Shown here: positions 37,243-46,752 of the stretch, one piece after another
Numbering within the stretch: the stretch's first letter is position 1
Layout: each line of letters starts with the position of its first letter
DNA from: an uncultured Nitrososphaerota archaeon
Lineage (GTDB): Archaea; Korarchaeota; Korarchaeia; Korarchaeales; Korarchaeaceae
Direction: 5' to 3'
Assembly: GCA_964594835.1 (NCBI GenBank)
Contig: CAZQNA010000005.1
Span: 99,771 to 163,770, forward strand
Length of the DNA stretch: 64,000 nucleotides
Program-made: the position numbers and the translations under genes
The notes under the pieces: generated by a model
Told to the model about the DNA's origin: nothing
Seen by the model: only the letters and a program-made list of their open reading frames with translations
Databases searched by the model: none

Positions 37243-37824
37243 ATGCTCGAAATCAGGTGGCACGGCCGGGGGGGCCAGGGCGTCTGGAGCGCCTCTGCGG
37301 TCCTGGCCTCTGCGGCCATAGGCACGGGGAAGTACGCGCAGTCCTTCCCACAGTTCGGACCGGAGAGGACCGGCGCGCCCGTCTTGGCCTTCAACAGAAT
37401 CGACGAAAGGCCCATAGTCGTCCACTCCATGATCTACGAGCCAGACGTTGTTGTCGTCATAGACAGGACCCTCCTCTCAGACAGGGACGCGATCTTGGGT
37501 GGCCTCAGGCCCGGGGGGCACCTCATCGCGGACACAGACGAGTCCCCTGAGGCCCTGAGGTCCAGGCTCAACGTTCCCGACAGCATCCACGTGTGGACCA
37601 TGGATGCCGTGTCCCTCGCCCTCGACGAGATAGGCAGGGCCGTGACCAACACCCCGATGCTCGGGGCCGTGATCAAGGCCACGGGGGTCGTACCTCTGGA
37701 GGCGGTCGAGGGGTCGATCCGGGAGAGGTGGAAGGGAGAGATAGGGGAGAAGAACGTCAAGGCTGTGAGGAGGGCGTTCAGCGAGGTGGCCCACTCCCCG
37801 GCTAAGGCGGAGGTGACCGCTTGA
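37243..37824 (+). CDS. porG: pyruvate:ferredoxin oxidoreductase gamma subunit
   Basis: RWHGRGGQG N-terminus; ORF-track 5' extension rejected; TATA ACGTTTTTTACG upstream. Confidence 0.88.
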   Translation: MLEIRWHGRGGQGVWSASAVLASAAIGTGKYAQSFPQFGPERTGAPVLAFNRIDERPIVVHSMIYEPDVVVVIDRTLLSDRDAILGGLRPGGHLIADTDESPEALRSRLNVPDSIHVWTMDAVSLALDEIGRAVTNTPMLGAVIKATGVVPLEAVEGSIRERWKGEIGEKNVKAVRRAFSEVAHSPAKAEVTA

Positions 37825-38096
37825 TGTCTGCTCTGAAGGGTTGGAGGGAGATTCCCATAGGAGGGGTTCCGTTCGAGCCGGCGGCCAAGTACAAGACCGG
37901 CGACTGGAGGGTCTTCAAGCCCGTCATCGACAACGAGAAGTGCATCAAGTGCGGCCTGTGCTGGGTGTTCTGCCCGGACAGCTCCATAGTCTGGGACGGA
38001 GACGGCTTCCCCACGGTTGACTACGAGCACTGCAAGGGCTGCGGGATCTGCGCGCACGAGTGCCCGACCAAGGCCATCGAGATGGTTAGGGGATGA
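37821..38096 (+). CDS. porD: pyruvate:ferredoxin oxidoreductase delta subunit (2x[4Fe-4S])
   Basis: CIKCGLCWVFCP and CKGCGICAHECP; ATGA overlap with porG. Confidence 0.9.
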   Translation: MMSALKGWREIPIGGVPFEPAAKYKTGDWRVFKPVIDNEKCIKCGLCWVFCPDSSIVWDGDGFPTVDYEHCKGCGICAHECPTKAIEMVRG

Positions 38097-39352
38097 TCGT
38101 CGGGGTGAGCGAGATGGCCAAGTCCATCCAGCAGAGGATGATGTCCCTCAATGGGGATGAGGCGGTTGCCTGGGCGGCTAGGCAGAGCAACGTCGACGTC
38201 GTGGCCGCCTTCCCGATAACCCCCCAGACGATAATCATGGAGAGGATAGCCGAGTTCATCCACGACGGTCTGATGGACTCCGAGATAATCAGGGTCGAGA
38301 GCGAGCACAGCGCCCTGAGCGCCTCCTGGGGCGCCTCGGTCGCCGGGGCGAGGGCATTCACGGCCACGGCCGCCAACGGCCTGGCCCTCATGTGGGAGAT
38401 CCTCTACATCGTCGCGTCCAGCAGGGCCCCGGTGGTGATGGCAGTCGTCAACAGGGCACTGAGCGCCCCCATCAACATCCACTGTGACCACAGCGACTCT
38501 ATGGGAGCCAGGGACTCTGGCTGGATCCAGATCTACAGTGAGGACGCCCAGGAGGCTTACGACAACACGATCCAGGCCTTCAGGATAGCGGAGCACGAGG
38601 ACGTCCAGCTCCCGGTCATGGTAATGCTGGACGGCTTCCTGATCTCCCACACTATGCAGAACGTCCAGATCCTGCCTGAAGACGTGGTGTCGGACTTTGT
38701 GGGTTACAGGAAGCCCTCAAAGATAAGGCTGCCCGAGTTCTACGGCGAGAAGGACATCCCGTTCATGCTGAACCCCAGGTACCCGATCTCAATAGGCCCG
38801 CTGGACCTCTACGACTACTACTTCGAGCACAAGATGCAGCAGATCGAGGCCATGGGCAGGGCCCCGGAGGTGATCAAGCAGATTCACAGGGAGTTCGCCG
38901 AGATCAGCGGGAGGTCCTACGGCGACGGCCTGCTCGATCCCTACAGGGCAGACGACGCGGACGTCCTCATAATCGGGATCGGGAGCACGATGGGCACCAT
39001 GAAGGCGGTCGTCGACGAGCTGAGGGAGGAGGGCAAGAGGGTCGGCTCCGTCAGGGTCAGGACCTTCAGGCCCTTCCCGGCCGACGAGATCAGGAGGTTC
39101 GCCTCGGGGGTCTCCTCCGTCGGGGTGCTGGACAGGAGCGCGAGCTTCGGCGCAGAGGGCGGCCCGCTGTTCCTGGAGGTGAGGTCGGCCCTCTACGCTC
39201 TCAGGGACAGGCCTCCGGTCCTGGGATACATCTACGGGCTTGGAGGAAGGGACATGCCGCCCAAGCTGCTGAAGAAGATCGCTGAGGAGGTCCTGAGCGC
39301 CAGAGAGGAGCCTGAGAGGCCCAGGATAACCTTCCCGGGGGTGAGGGAGTAG
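38093..39352 (+). CDS. porA: pyruvate:ferredoxin oxidoreductase alpha subunit
   Basis: POR alpha architecture; ATGA overlap with porD (alternative ATG 38114). Confidence 0.9.
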   Translation: MIVGVSEMAKSIQQRMMSLNGDEAVAWAARQSNVDVVAAFPITPQTIIMERIAEFIHDGLMDSEIIRVESEHSALSASWGASVAGARAFTATAANGLALMWEILYIVASSRAPVVMAVVNRALSAPINIHCDHSDSMGARDSGWIQIYSEDAQEAYDNTIQAFRIAEHEDVQLPVMVMLDGFLISHTMQNVQILPEDVVSDFVGYRKPSKIRLPEFYGEKDIPFMLNPRYPISIGPLDLYDYYFEHKMQQIEAMGRAPEVIKQIHREFAEISGRSYGDGLLDPYRADDADVLIIGIGSTMGTMKAVVDELREEGKRVGSVRVRTFRPFPADEIRRFASGVSSVGVLDRSASFGAEGGPLFLEVRSALYALRDRPPVLGYIYGLGGRDMPPKLLKKIAEEVLSAREEPERPRITFPGVRE

Positions 39353-39355
39353 GGG

Positions 39356-40366
39356 GTGGTTGATGTGGCCGAGACGAAGTGGGTTCCGAACCTCAGGCAG
39401 ATCGCGAAGGAGATGCACGAGAGGGGCTTCACGGGAATAACCCCCGGTCACAGGCTATGCGCTGGCTGCGTCGCTGGAACCATAGTCAGGCAGGTCATGA
39501 TGGCGGCCAGGAAGCCGGTCGTGGTGCTGAACGCCACCGGGTGCCTGGAGGTGGCCACCACGATATTCCCGTACACCGCCTGGCAGGTCCCCTGGGCGCA
39601 CAACGCCTTCGAGAACGCGGCAGCCGTGGCATCTGGGGTTGAGAGGGCCCAGAAGAAGCTCCTCAGGGACCGGAGGTTCGAGGGAGATCCGGACATCGAG
39701 CTGGACTACGACATTGTCGTCTTCGGCGGGGACGGAGGCACCTACGACATAGGCCTCCAGGCGCTCTCCGGAGCGCTGGAGAGGGGCCACAAGTTCATGT
39801 ACGTGCTCTACGACAACGAGGCCTACATGAACACGGGCATTCAGAGGTCCGGGAGCACTCCCTACGGCGCCTGGACCACCACGACGCCCGCCGGCAGGGT
39901 GATCCCGGGCAAGCCCGTGGGGAAGAAGCCCCTCGTCGACATAATCGCGGCCCACAGGATACCCTACGTCGCGACGGTCTCACCCTACTACTGGAACGAC
40001 GCGCTGGTCAAGTTCAGGAGGGGGTTCGAGACCGACGGCCCGGTGTTCATCAGGGCGTTCTCCACCTGCAACAGGGGGTGGTACAACGCCCCGGAGGAGT
40101 CCATAGCCATCTCCAGGCTGGCCGTGGAGACGTGCGTCTTCCCGCTCTACGAGGTGATAGACGGCGTGGAGTGGAGGATCTCGCCGCCGAGCCTGGCCAT
40201 AGCCAAGAACCCAGACCGGAAGAAGCCCGTCGAGGAGTACCTGAAGACCCAGCGCAGGTTCAGGCACATGTTCGAGCCCGAGAACAGGTGGATGATCAAG
40301 CGCTTCCAGGAGATGGTCGACTACGAGTGGGAACTCCTCCTCGAGCGCGCGGGTCTGAAGGGCTGA
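39356..40366 (+). CDS. porB: pyruvate:ferredoxin oxidoreductase beta subunit (TPP-binding)
   Basis: CAGC, GDGG.YDIG TPP motifs. Confidence 0.9.
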   Translation: MVDVAETKWVPNLRQIAKEMHERGFTGITPGHRLCAGCVAGTIVRQVMMAARKPVVVLNATGCLEVATTIFPYTAWQVPWAHNAFENAAAVASGVERAQKKLLRDRRFEGDPDIELDYDIVVFGGDGGTYDIGLQALSGALERGHKFMYVLYDNEAYMNTGIQRSGSTPYGAWTTTTPAGRVIPGKPVGKKPLVDIIAAHRIPYVATVSPYYWNDALVKFRRGFETDGPVFIRAFSTCNRGWYNAPEESIAISRLAVETCVFPLYEVIDGVEWRISPPSLAIAKNPDRKKPVEEYLKTQRRFRHMFEPENRWMIKRFQEMVDYEWELLLERAGLKG

Positions 40367-40454
40367 GGGCCCTCGGCCCCCATCCCTCCCATTTTTCTCC
40401 CCCCGGGCCGGGAAATCTTTTTGGGATGGTGGAGGACCCCCGGAGGGATTTGAA

Positions 40455-40733
40455 GTGGCCGAGAGGAGGGTTCACATCAGGATCAGCGGGATAGTTCAGG
40501 GGGTCGGTTTCAGGGCGTTCGTCTGGAGGAACGCGCGGTCCCTCGGCCTGAGGGGCTACGTGAAGAACCTACCCGACGGAACGGTGGAGGTGGTGGCCGA
40601 GGGCGAGGAAGAGGCGCTCAGGAAGCTCGTTGAATTGTGCTGGAGGGGCCCGGCGTTCGCCAGGGTTGACTCGGTGGAGGAGCGCTGGGAGGACCCGAGG
40701 GGAGAGTACACGGACTTCTCCATAGCCTGGTGA
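40455..40733 (+). CDS. acyP: acylphosphatase
   Basis: VQGVGFRAF and GYVKNLPDGTVEV motifs; GTG start. Confidence 0.85.
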   Translation: MAERRVHIRISGIVQGVGFRAFVWRNARSLGLRGYVKNLPDGTVEVVAEGEEEALRKLVELCWRGPAFARVDSVEERWEDPRGEYTDFSIAW

Positions 40734-40750
40734 GATCTCCTCTCAGGCCG

Positions 40751-41008
40751 TCACTCCTCCTCCCAGAAGTCCTCCTCCGCCAGACCCCAGTCCTCCTCCT
40801 CTTCCTCCTCCGTCTCCCAGAGGTCCTCGTCTTCCAGCCAGCTCTCCTCTTCGAAGCCCTCCTCTATGAGGTCGACCTCCTCAACGACTCCCTCGGAGAT
40901 GATCACGTGCAGGAGGGCCTTGCAGGATGGACAGGTGACCTCCCCCTCGTAGTCCATCTCCTCAATCTTGAAGTGGGCCCCGCAGGAGGGGCAGACTATC
41001 TCGGGCAT
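40751..41008 (-). CDS. zinc-ribbon protein with extreme acidic, Trp-punctuated C-terminal tail
   Basis: CPSCG...CPSCK; tail of ~40 residues almost all E/D with W at regular intervals. Confidence 0.55.
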   Translation of the reverse strand: MPEIVCPSCGAHFKIEEMDYEGEVTCPSCKALLHVIISEGVVEEVDLIEEGFEEESWLEDEDLWETEEEEEEDWGLAEEDFWEEE

Positions 41009-41049
41009 GGCTCACGCCGCGGCGGGCCCCGGCCGTCCGATTCATAAAC

Positions 41050-41736
41050 TTATCGCGCCTCCCCGCCCTCCCTCCGCGAGGGGCACGCGTCTGCCACCGG
41101 GCACCTATCGCAGAGCGGGCGCGCCCTGCAAACCCTCCTGCCGAAGTCTATGAGGGCGAAGTGGGCCCGCATCCTCTCCCCCGGAGGGAAGACCTCCTCG
41201 AGCGCGCGCCTGATCTCGGAGTATCCCGCCCCCTCCCGGACCAGCCCGAGCCTCCTGGCGACCCTCCCCACGTGAACGTCCACCGGCAGGACGGGGTGCC
41301 CCAGGGCCATTAGGATGACGTCGGCCACCTTGTCTCCGATCCCGGGCAGGGACGTCAGCTCACTCCTGGCCTCCTCAAGGTCGCGATCCGCCAGGGAGGC
41401 GATCCCCGGCCCCCTCAGCTCCCACTCGGCCAGGGCCCTGACCGCCCGGGCCTTGGACCTGTACATCCCGGAGACCCGTATGGCGTCCTCAATCTCCTCC
41501 AGCGGGGCCTCGGCTATGTCCCGGGCCCCGCCGGGGAACCTCTCCATCAGCCTCTTCGCGGCCTCCCTCTCGAGCTTGGCCGTGGTCCTCGGCGAGACCG
41601 CTATGGTGACCGCGACCCAGAAGGGGGATAGCCCCTCCCTCCTCCACCAGGGCTCCCTCCCCGAGAAGAGCCTCACGATCTTCCGCAGGGCCTCGGCCGC
41701 CCTCGACCTCCACCCCGGCTCCCCGCGACGCGTCAC
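41050..41736 (-). CDS. nth: endonuclease III (HhH-GPD DNA glycosylase with [4Fe-4S])
   Basis: HhH LPGIGDKVADVI, Cx6Cx2Cx5C cluster; the ORF-track N-terminal 111 aa rejected; GTG at 41736 proposed. Confidence 0.78.
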   Translation of the reverse strand: MTRRGEPGWRSRAAEALRKIVRLFSGREPWWRREGLSPFWVAVTIAVSPRTTAKLEREAAKRLMERFPGGARDIAEAPLEEIEDAIRVSGMYRSKARAVRALAEWELRGPGIASLADRDLEEARSELTSLPGIGDKVADVILMALGHPVLPVDVHVGRVARRLGLVREGAGYSEIRRALEEVFPPGERMRAHFALIDFGRRVCRARPLCDRCPVADACPSRREGGEAR

Positions 41737-41788
41737 CTCCCGGCGGAGAGGGGGTAAGGAATTAACGCTTTCCGCGCCCGCCGCCGCG

Positions 41789-42520
41789 GTGCCCGGGCCG
41801 GGAGGCAGGGAGATCGTCATCGCGGCGACGGGGGACGTCCACTCCCCGCGGTACCTCTCCCAGTTCGTGGAGGCGGTGGAGAGGTTCCAGGGGCGCGCCG
41901 ACCTGGTCCTCCTGGCCGGAGACATGGTCCTCCGGGGGGACGTGGGCGAGTTCGCCAGGGTGCTGGAACTCGTCGAGGGGCTCGGGTCCCCGATAGTGGC
42001 CGTGTTCGGGAACGAGGAGTTCGACGACTCCAAGGGGCCCCTGCTCGAGAGGTACGGGAACAGGGTCACGTGGCTGGACGATCAGGCGATCGAGCTGAGC
42101 GTCGCCGGGACGAGGCTGTGGATCGTCGGGAGCAGGGGCTCTCTGAGAAGGCCGACCTCCTGGCAGAGGAGAAACGTGCCCGGAATCGAGGAGATCTACA
42201 GGAGGAGGGTGGAGCTGATTGACGAGCTCCTGGCCAGGGCTGGAGACAGGCCCTCCATACTCCTGACCCACTACTCACCGACCTTCAAGACGCTGGTCGG
42301 TGAGGACAGGAGGATATGGCCCATGCTTGGCAACCCGTCTCTTGAGAGGGTCATTCGGAGGAGGAGGCCGTCCCTCGTGATACACGGTCACGCCCACCAC
42401 GGGGCGAGGAGAGCCCAGGTCGACGGGATACCCGTGTACAACGTCTCTCTGCCCGTGTGGGGCGAGATCGTCAGGATCGGGCTGATCCCCGGGCCGAGGG
42501 GGCTCGAGCAATTTCTCTAG
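41789..42520 (+). CDS. metallophosphoesterase (calcineurin-like)
   Basis: GDVHSPRY, LLAGDMV, GNEE motifs; GTG at 41789 ~25 nt after GGAATTAACGCTTT box; the ORF-track 5' part is antisense to nth. Confidence 0.72.
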   Translation: MPGPGGREIVIAATGDVHSPRYLSQFVEAVERFQGRADLVLLAGDMVLRGDVGEFARVLELVEGLGSPIVAVFGNEEFDDSKGPLLERYGNRVTWLDDQAIELSVAGTRLWIVGSRGSLRRPTSWQRRNVPGIEEIYRRRVELIDELLARAGDRPSILLTHYSPTFKTLVGEDRRIWPMLGNPSLERVIRRRRPSLVIHGHAHHGARRAQVDGIPVYNVSLPVWGEIVRIGLIPGPRGLEQFL

Positions 42521-42891
42521 CCGGGGGGCCATCTCCTGAGGGCCGACGATACCACCCTCCTCGCGAGCTCGCACCACGACCTGAACTCCCCGGGATCGAC
42601 CGTGTCGGCCGCGGGGCAGAAGTCGTCGAGGAGACACTCGCCGGTGTCCGCGTCTATCACGACGGGGTACGCCCTGCAGCCCGTCGGGCGACTCTCGTAC
42701 ACCCGACACCTCCCCCGCTCGTCCAGAAACACGCACCTGCCCCCGACGTTCCTCAGCCTGAGGGCGCCTCCCCTGAACTCGGCGAACTCCTCCACGTCGT
42801 ACCCCAGGCTCGCCAGCCTGATCACGTCGTCCTCAGTGAGCGGCATCTCCGTCTCCAGGCAGCAGAGGTGGCATCCCGGGAGGCAGCGCAC
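42517..42891 (-). CDS. YkgJ/UPF0153 family cysteine-cluster protein
   Basis: CxxCxxCC motif CLPGCHLCC plus downstream Cys pairs. Confidence 0.68.
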   Translation of the reverse strand: MRCLPGCHLCCLETEMPLTEDDVIRLASLGYDVEEFAEFRGGALRLRNVGGRCVFLDERGRCRVYESRPTGCRAYPVVIDADTGECLLDDFCPAADTVDPGEFRSWCELARRVVSSALRRWPPG

Positions 42892-42950
42892 CTCCTCGGG
42901 GGCCCGACCTGAATTTATAACGCCGCCCGCCCCTCTAACCAGGTCAACCC

Positions 42951-43580
42951 ATGCCCGACAGGGACGGGAGGCACAGGTTCCTGGCGTTCAACTTCGGATA
43001 CAGCTCGACGCTCCTGCTCGCCATACTCTCCATACTCGGGGAGAGCCTGGGATCCTCCGACGAGGAGCTCACAGAGTACGTGCTCGACCACCTGTCGGTG
43101 GTCTCGGCCTCCTTCAGGGCCTTCGGAATGGACCTGCTGGGGGGTTGGGAGGCGGACTTCGTCGACGAGTTCAGGAAGAGGCTGGTGGCCGGGGAGGGTG
43201 ACTGGATGGAGGGCCGCCTCGAGGCGCTGGATCGGACCATTCGAACCACCAGGTGGGTCCTGTACCTCGAGATGGACCCGGAGGAGAGGGCCCTCTTCAC
43301 GCTGGGGTCCAGCGTGGCCAAGGCCTCCCTAGCGTTCATGGCCGGGCTGACCGATGAGGCGGACGAGATGCTCCGAGACACCGCCGAGGAGCTCGTGGAG
43401 TCCGCCCGCAGGGTGAACCTCCCGGAGGAGGCCCTCAGGGACGTCGAGCGGCTGGCCCACATGCTGACCGTGGCCCCCTCCGAGGGGGGAGAGGACCCCG
43501 GAGACCTCACTGGGGCGGCCGCCAGGGTGTTCGGGGAGATCTTCGCCTGGCTGAGCAGGGCTCAGCCGGAGTGCGGGTGA
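42951..43580 (+). CDS. hypothetical acidic helical protein
   Basis: ATG 30 nt after TGAATTTATAACG TATA box. Confidence 0.45.
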   Translation: MPDRDGRHRFLAFNFGYSSTLLLAILSILGESLGSSDEELTEYVLDHLSVVSASFRAFGMDLLGGWEADFVDEFRKRLVAGEGDWMEGRLEALDRTIRTTRWVLYLEMDPEERALFTLGSSVAKASLAFMAGLTDEADEMLRDTAEELVESARRVNLPEEALRDVERLAHMLTVAPSEGGEDPGDLTGAAARVFGEIFAWLSRAQPECG

Positions 43581-43620
43581 TCTGCCGGGGGGTGTAGGCC
43601 TGAGCCTGGCCATCCTGTCT

Positions 43621-43977
43621 TTGTTCGAGGCCGTCAGGACTCTGGAGCTCGCGGGGGACAAGATCGACAGGAATGCCCTCCGCAGGGCTATAGAGGCCGC
43701 CTCTGAGGTCTACTGGTCCGGCGTCCCGCCTGAGGTCAGGGAGGGCATGAGGGCGAGCTTCGAGGTGCTGGCGAGGGCCATAACCTCGCGGGAGATAACC
43801 ATGGAGGAAGAGGAGGTGGCCATATTCGCGGCGAGAGAGCTTCTTGAGGCTGAGAGGGCCTTTGGAATAAGCAGGCCGGCGGTGATCAGGGCGATAGAGC
43901 GGGAGCTCAGGTCGTCTGGGCTGGACGGGCTGGCCGACCTCACCCTCGTCCTCCTCTCGGCCAAGCTCAGGACGTGA
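43621..43977 (+). CDS. hypothetical helical protein
   Basis: In an operon between two hypothetical genes. Confidence 0.4.
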   Translation: MFEAVRTLELAGDKIDRNALRRAIEAASEVYWSGVPPEVREGMRASFEVLARAITSREITMEEEEVAIFAARELLEAERAFGISRPAVIRAIERELRSSGLDGLADLTLVLLSAKLRT

Positions 43978-45089
43978 CCCGCAACTTTTTTCTCTCATCC
44001 CGGAACCGGCTGGGAGGGCCGGATATAGAGGTCCAAGTCAGGGGGAGGTCAGTAGACCTAAGGTCGCTGGCGGATCAGCACGGGGTTGACATGGACTCCC
44101 CGATCAGGGATCGCTCAATCGAGCCGCCGGGGTTCAGGGTATACAGGCTGCGACTCCACGCTGACGGGGGGGTGGAGGTCTACCTCCTAGACAGCGCCGA
44201 GGCCCGCGAGATCGCCGCGTGGCCTCACGTTGTCCTGGGAGAACTCGACAGGAGGTGCCTGTCCGTCGCTCGCGGGGGGGTCGAGCTCATCTCAAGGGTC
44301 GGGGTCCTCGAGGGCCAGCCGCTCATCCTCCACGTCTTGAGGGCTGGCCCCGGCTATCGGGTGGCTGACGCGTTTAGGGGGGCGGGCCTGACCCTCCGCG
44401 AGGCTTACGTCCGTCCGGAGTACGTCGTCACGTCTGAGAGGGACCACACCGGTCAGTCCGTCAGGGAGGTGAGGGTCACGTTCTCGGAGTTCTCCGAGGT
44501 CCCCGAGGGCGCGGAGGTGACCCTGATCAAGCCTGACACGGAGGCCACAGGCAGGACGGGGATCGTCTCTCTGGAGAGGGCCATGGAGGAGATTGAGGGG
44601 AGGTCCTCCCGCGTCAAGAACCTCGTACTCTACGGCTTCATAACAGAGGTCGGCCTGCGGAGGATTGCGGAGTTCGCCCTCTCCAGGGGGGTGGAGAGGA
44701 TCGTGGCGGTCGCCCTCGTCGACCTCGCCGCCCTGGCCTCCAACGACTACGACATGGTCCTCTACGGGCCGGACCTGCACGCGTGGGGGACGAGGCGGGA
44801 GCCGACGCTGCTGGGCGGAGTCGTGGGTCGCGAGACCTTCGCCGACATGGTGGGGATGTACGTTCCCGGGCTCGATCAGCCCGGAGACTTCTCGGAGAGG
44901 CAGTCGGCGCTCTTTGACGGGGTGAGCTGGGCGCCTGGGAATGTCAGGGGTCACCTGAGGTCCGCCGAGGAAGCCATAAGGACCCTCCTCACCTTCCCGG
45001 GGCTCGAGGACTGGCAGAGGGAGATCGCCGAGGAGGAACTCGCCAGGATCAGGGAGGTCGAGGTCAGGCTCTCGGGGCAAACCGTTTAA
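43974..45089 (+). CDS. hypothetical protein with phosphoribosyltransferase-like PRPP-binding motif
   Basis: VTLIKPDTEATGRTG resembles the type I PRTase motif; GTGA overlap with the upstream gene; start uncertain (alternative ATG 44091). Confidence 0.42.
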   Translation: MTRNFFLSSRNRLGGPDIEVQVRGRSVDLRSLADQHGVDMDSPIRDRSIEPPGFRVYRLRLHADGGVEVYLLDSAEAREIAAWPHVVLGELDRRCLSVARGGVELISRVGVLEGQPLILHVLRAGPGYRVADAFRGAGLTLREAYVRPEYVVTSERDHTGQSVREVRVTFSEFSEVPEGAEVTLIKPDTEATGRTGIVSLERAMEEIEGRSSRVKNLVLYGFITEVGLRRIAEFALSRGVERIVAVALVDLAALASNDYDMVLYGPDLHAWGTRREPTLLGGVVGRETFADMVGMYVPGLDQPGDFSERQSALFDGVSWAPGNVRGHLRSAEEAIRTLLTFPGLEDWQREIAEEELARIREVEVRLSGQTV

Positions 45090-45135
45090 TTGCCGGTGGG
45101 TCAAGCGCTGAGGGTCTGAGCTGATACTGTCCGAC

Positions 45136-45687
45136 TTGGAGATAAGAGAGGCCATGAGGTCAGGAGACATAAGGATAGAGCCCTTCGATCCGGACAGCGT
45201 CGGCCCCTGCTCCGTGGACCTCAGGCTGGACAGCCTGTTCAAGGTCTTCAGGGGAGACGGGGAGGTGGACCCCGCCAGGCTGGAGACCGTGGACAGGGGT
45301 GCCGAGCTGGTCGACACGGGCGGCGGGCCGTTCACGCTTCAACCAGGTCAGTTCGTCCTGGCGAGGACTGTGGAGAGAATAGCGCTCTCGAAGGGCCTCG
45401 CCGCCTTCCTAGAGGGGAGGAGCAGCGTGGCGAGGATGGGGGTCATAGTGCACGCTGCGGGCCTGGTGAACCCTGGGACCGGCCTGATCAAGCCCGTTCC
45501 GGTGGTCCTGGAGATATTCAACGAGAACGTCGTCCCCGTGAGGCTCTACCCGGGGATGAGGATTGTCCAGATAATCTTCATCAGGCTCGGCAGGCCGGCA
45601 TCCGCCGGGTACGACGAGAGGCCCTCGTCCAGGTTCGTCAACCAGGAGGAGCCGAGCCTCCTCTCTGGAAGGGGTGATCCGAACTGA
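45136..45687 (+). CDS. dCTP deaminase/dUTPase family protein (second paralog)
   Basis: RSSVARMG and IIFIRL motifs; in-frame upstream codons CTG-ATA-CTG-TCC-GAC give the canonical Dcd N-terminus (M)ILSDLEI; TATA GTTTAATT 30 nt upstream of 45121. Confidence 0.72.
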   Translation: MEIREAMRSGDIRIEPFDPDSVGPCSVDLRLDSLFKVFRGDGEVDPARLETVDRGAELVDTGGGPFTLQPGQFVLARTVERIALSKGLAAFLEGRSSVARMGVIVHAAGLVNPGTGLIKPVPVVLEIFNENVVPVRLYPGMRIVQIIFIRLGRPASAGYDERPSSRFVNQEEPSLLSGRGDPN

Positions 45688-45740
45688 GGAAGCTGGAGCT
45701 GACCCTGCTGGCCTGCCTGTCCGCGATCGACCTGGCTACG

Positions 45741-46736
45741 GTGTTCGGGTACAGGCTTGGGTGGATCCACGTCAGCCCGCTGGCCCTGTTCGTCGCGTCC
45801 CTGGTGATCCTGGGGTGGCTCATCGCCAGGTCCTCCGAGGCCGCCGTCGTGTCGCTGGGGAAGTTCTCCGCCGCCGCGGGTGCTCCCCCCTACCTGACGG
45901 GAGTCCTCAGCTCCCTGGCGTCCAGCCTCCCTGAGATCGCGCTGACCCTCACGGCGATCATGTCGGGCGATCCGGAGGTCGTCGAGGTGGCCGTCCTCAC
46001 GGTCATGATGAGCGTCGGGACCGCCACGGTGATAGTCTCCGCGACGGCCGCCGCGGCGTCCATAAAGTCCGGGAGGGGGATGGTGGAGGTTCCAAAGGAG
46101 GCCATGAGCGACGAGCTGAACGCCATAGCCTTCACCCTCACCGCGTACCTGGCCCTCTCAATAGTCTCCATGGCCAGGCTCTTCTCCGGGCACTCCGACC
46201 ACCTTCCGAGGAGCGTGGGCCCGATCCTCCTGACGGCCTACCTGTCCTACGTGGTCATGCTGGCCTCCAGGTCGGGTGGGCGGCGGGAGGGGACCGGAGG
46301 CTCGGCCAGGCACCTGGCGGCCGCGCTGGCCGCGATGCTCCCCGTCTTCCTTTCGGCCGAGGTACTCGTCTACCTCGTCGAGGAGCTGACATCTCTGGGA
46401 GGGCTCGACGTGATCCACGCAGCGGCGGCCCTGGCGCTGGTGGGCACGGTCCCCGAGAACGGCGTCGCGATAATCTCCGCCGCCAAGGGAGACGTCGAGA
46501 TAGGCCTAGGCAACGCCCTCAGCGGGGTGACCATACTCGCGCTGCTGGCGGTCGGCCTGGTGGCTACCGTGAGGCCCATACCCCTGGACGACTACGTAGT
46601 GGCCCAGATGGGCGTGACCACAGCCTCCGCCCTGATGCTCAAGTTCTCTGTCAGGGACGACGGCAAGATAGACCTCGGTGAGGCCATACTCATGGTCGCC
46701 CTGCAGGTCCTGGCCTTTGACCTGCTCCTGACCTGA
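45741..46736 (+). CDS. CaCA family cation/Ca2+ exchanger (YrbG-like)
   Basis: Two alpha-repeat motifs SSLPEIALT and GTVPENG; ~10 TM; GTG start. Confidence 0.72.
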   Translation: MFGYRLGWIHVSPLALFVASLVILGWLIARSSEAAVVSLGKFSAAAGAPPYLTGVLSSLASSLPEIALTLTAIMSGDPEVVEVAVLTVMMSVGTATVIVSATAAAASIKSGRGMVEVPKEAMSDELNAIAFTLTAYLALSIVSMARLFSGHSDHLPRSVGPILLTAYLSYVVMLASRSGGRREGTGGSARHLAAALAAMLPVFLSAEVLVYLVEELTSLGGLDVIHAAAALALVGTVPENGVAIISAAKGDVEIGLGNALSGVTILALLAVGLVATVRPIPLDDYVVAQMGVTTASALMLKFSVRDDGKIDLGEAILMVALQVLAFDLLLT

Positions 46737-46752
46737 AGGAAGACCCGAACTC

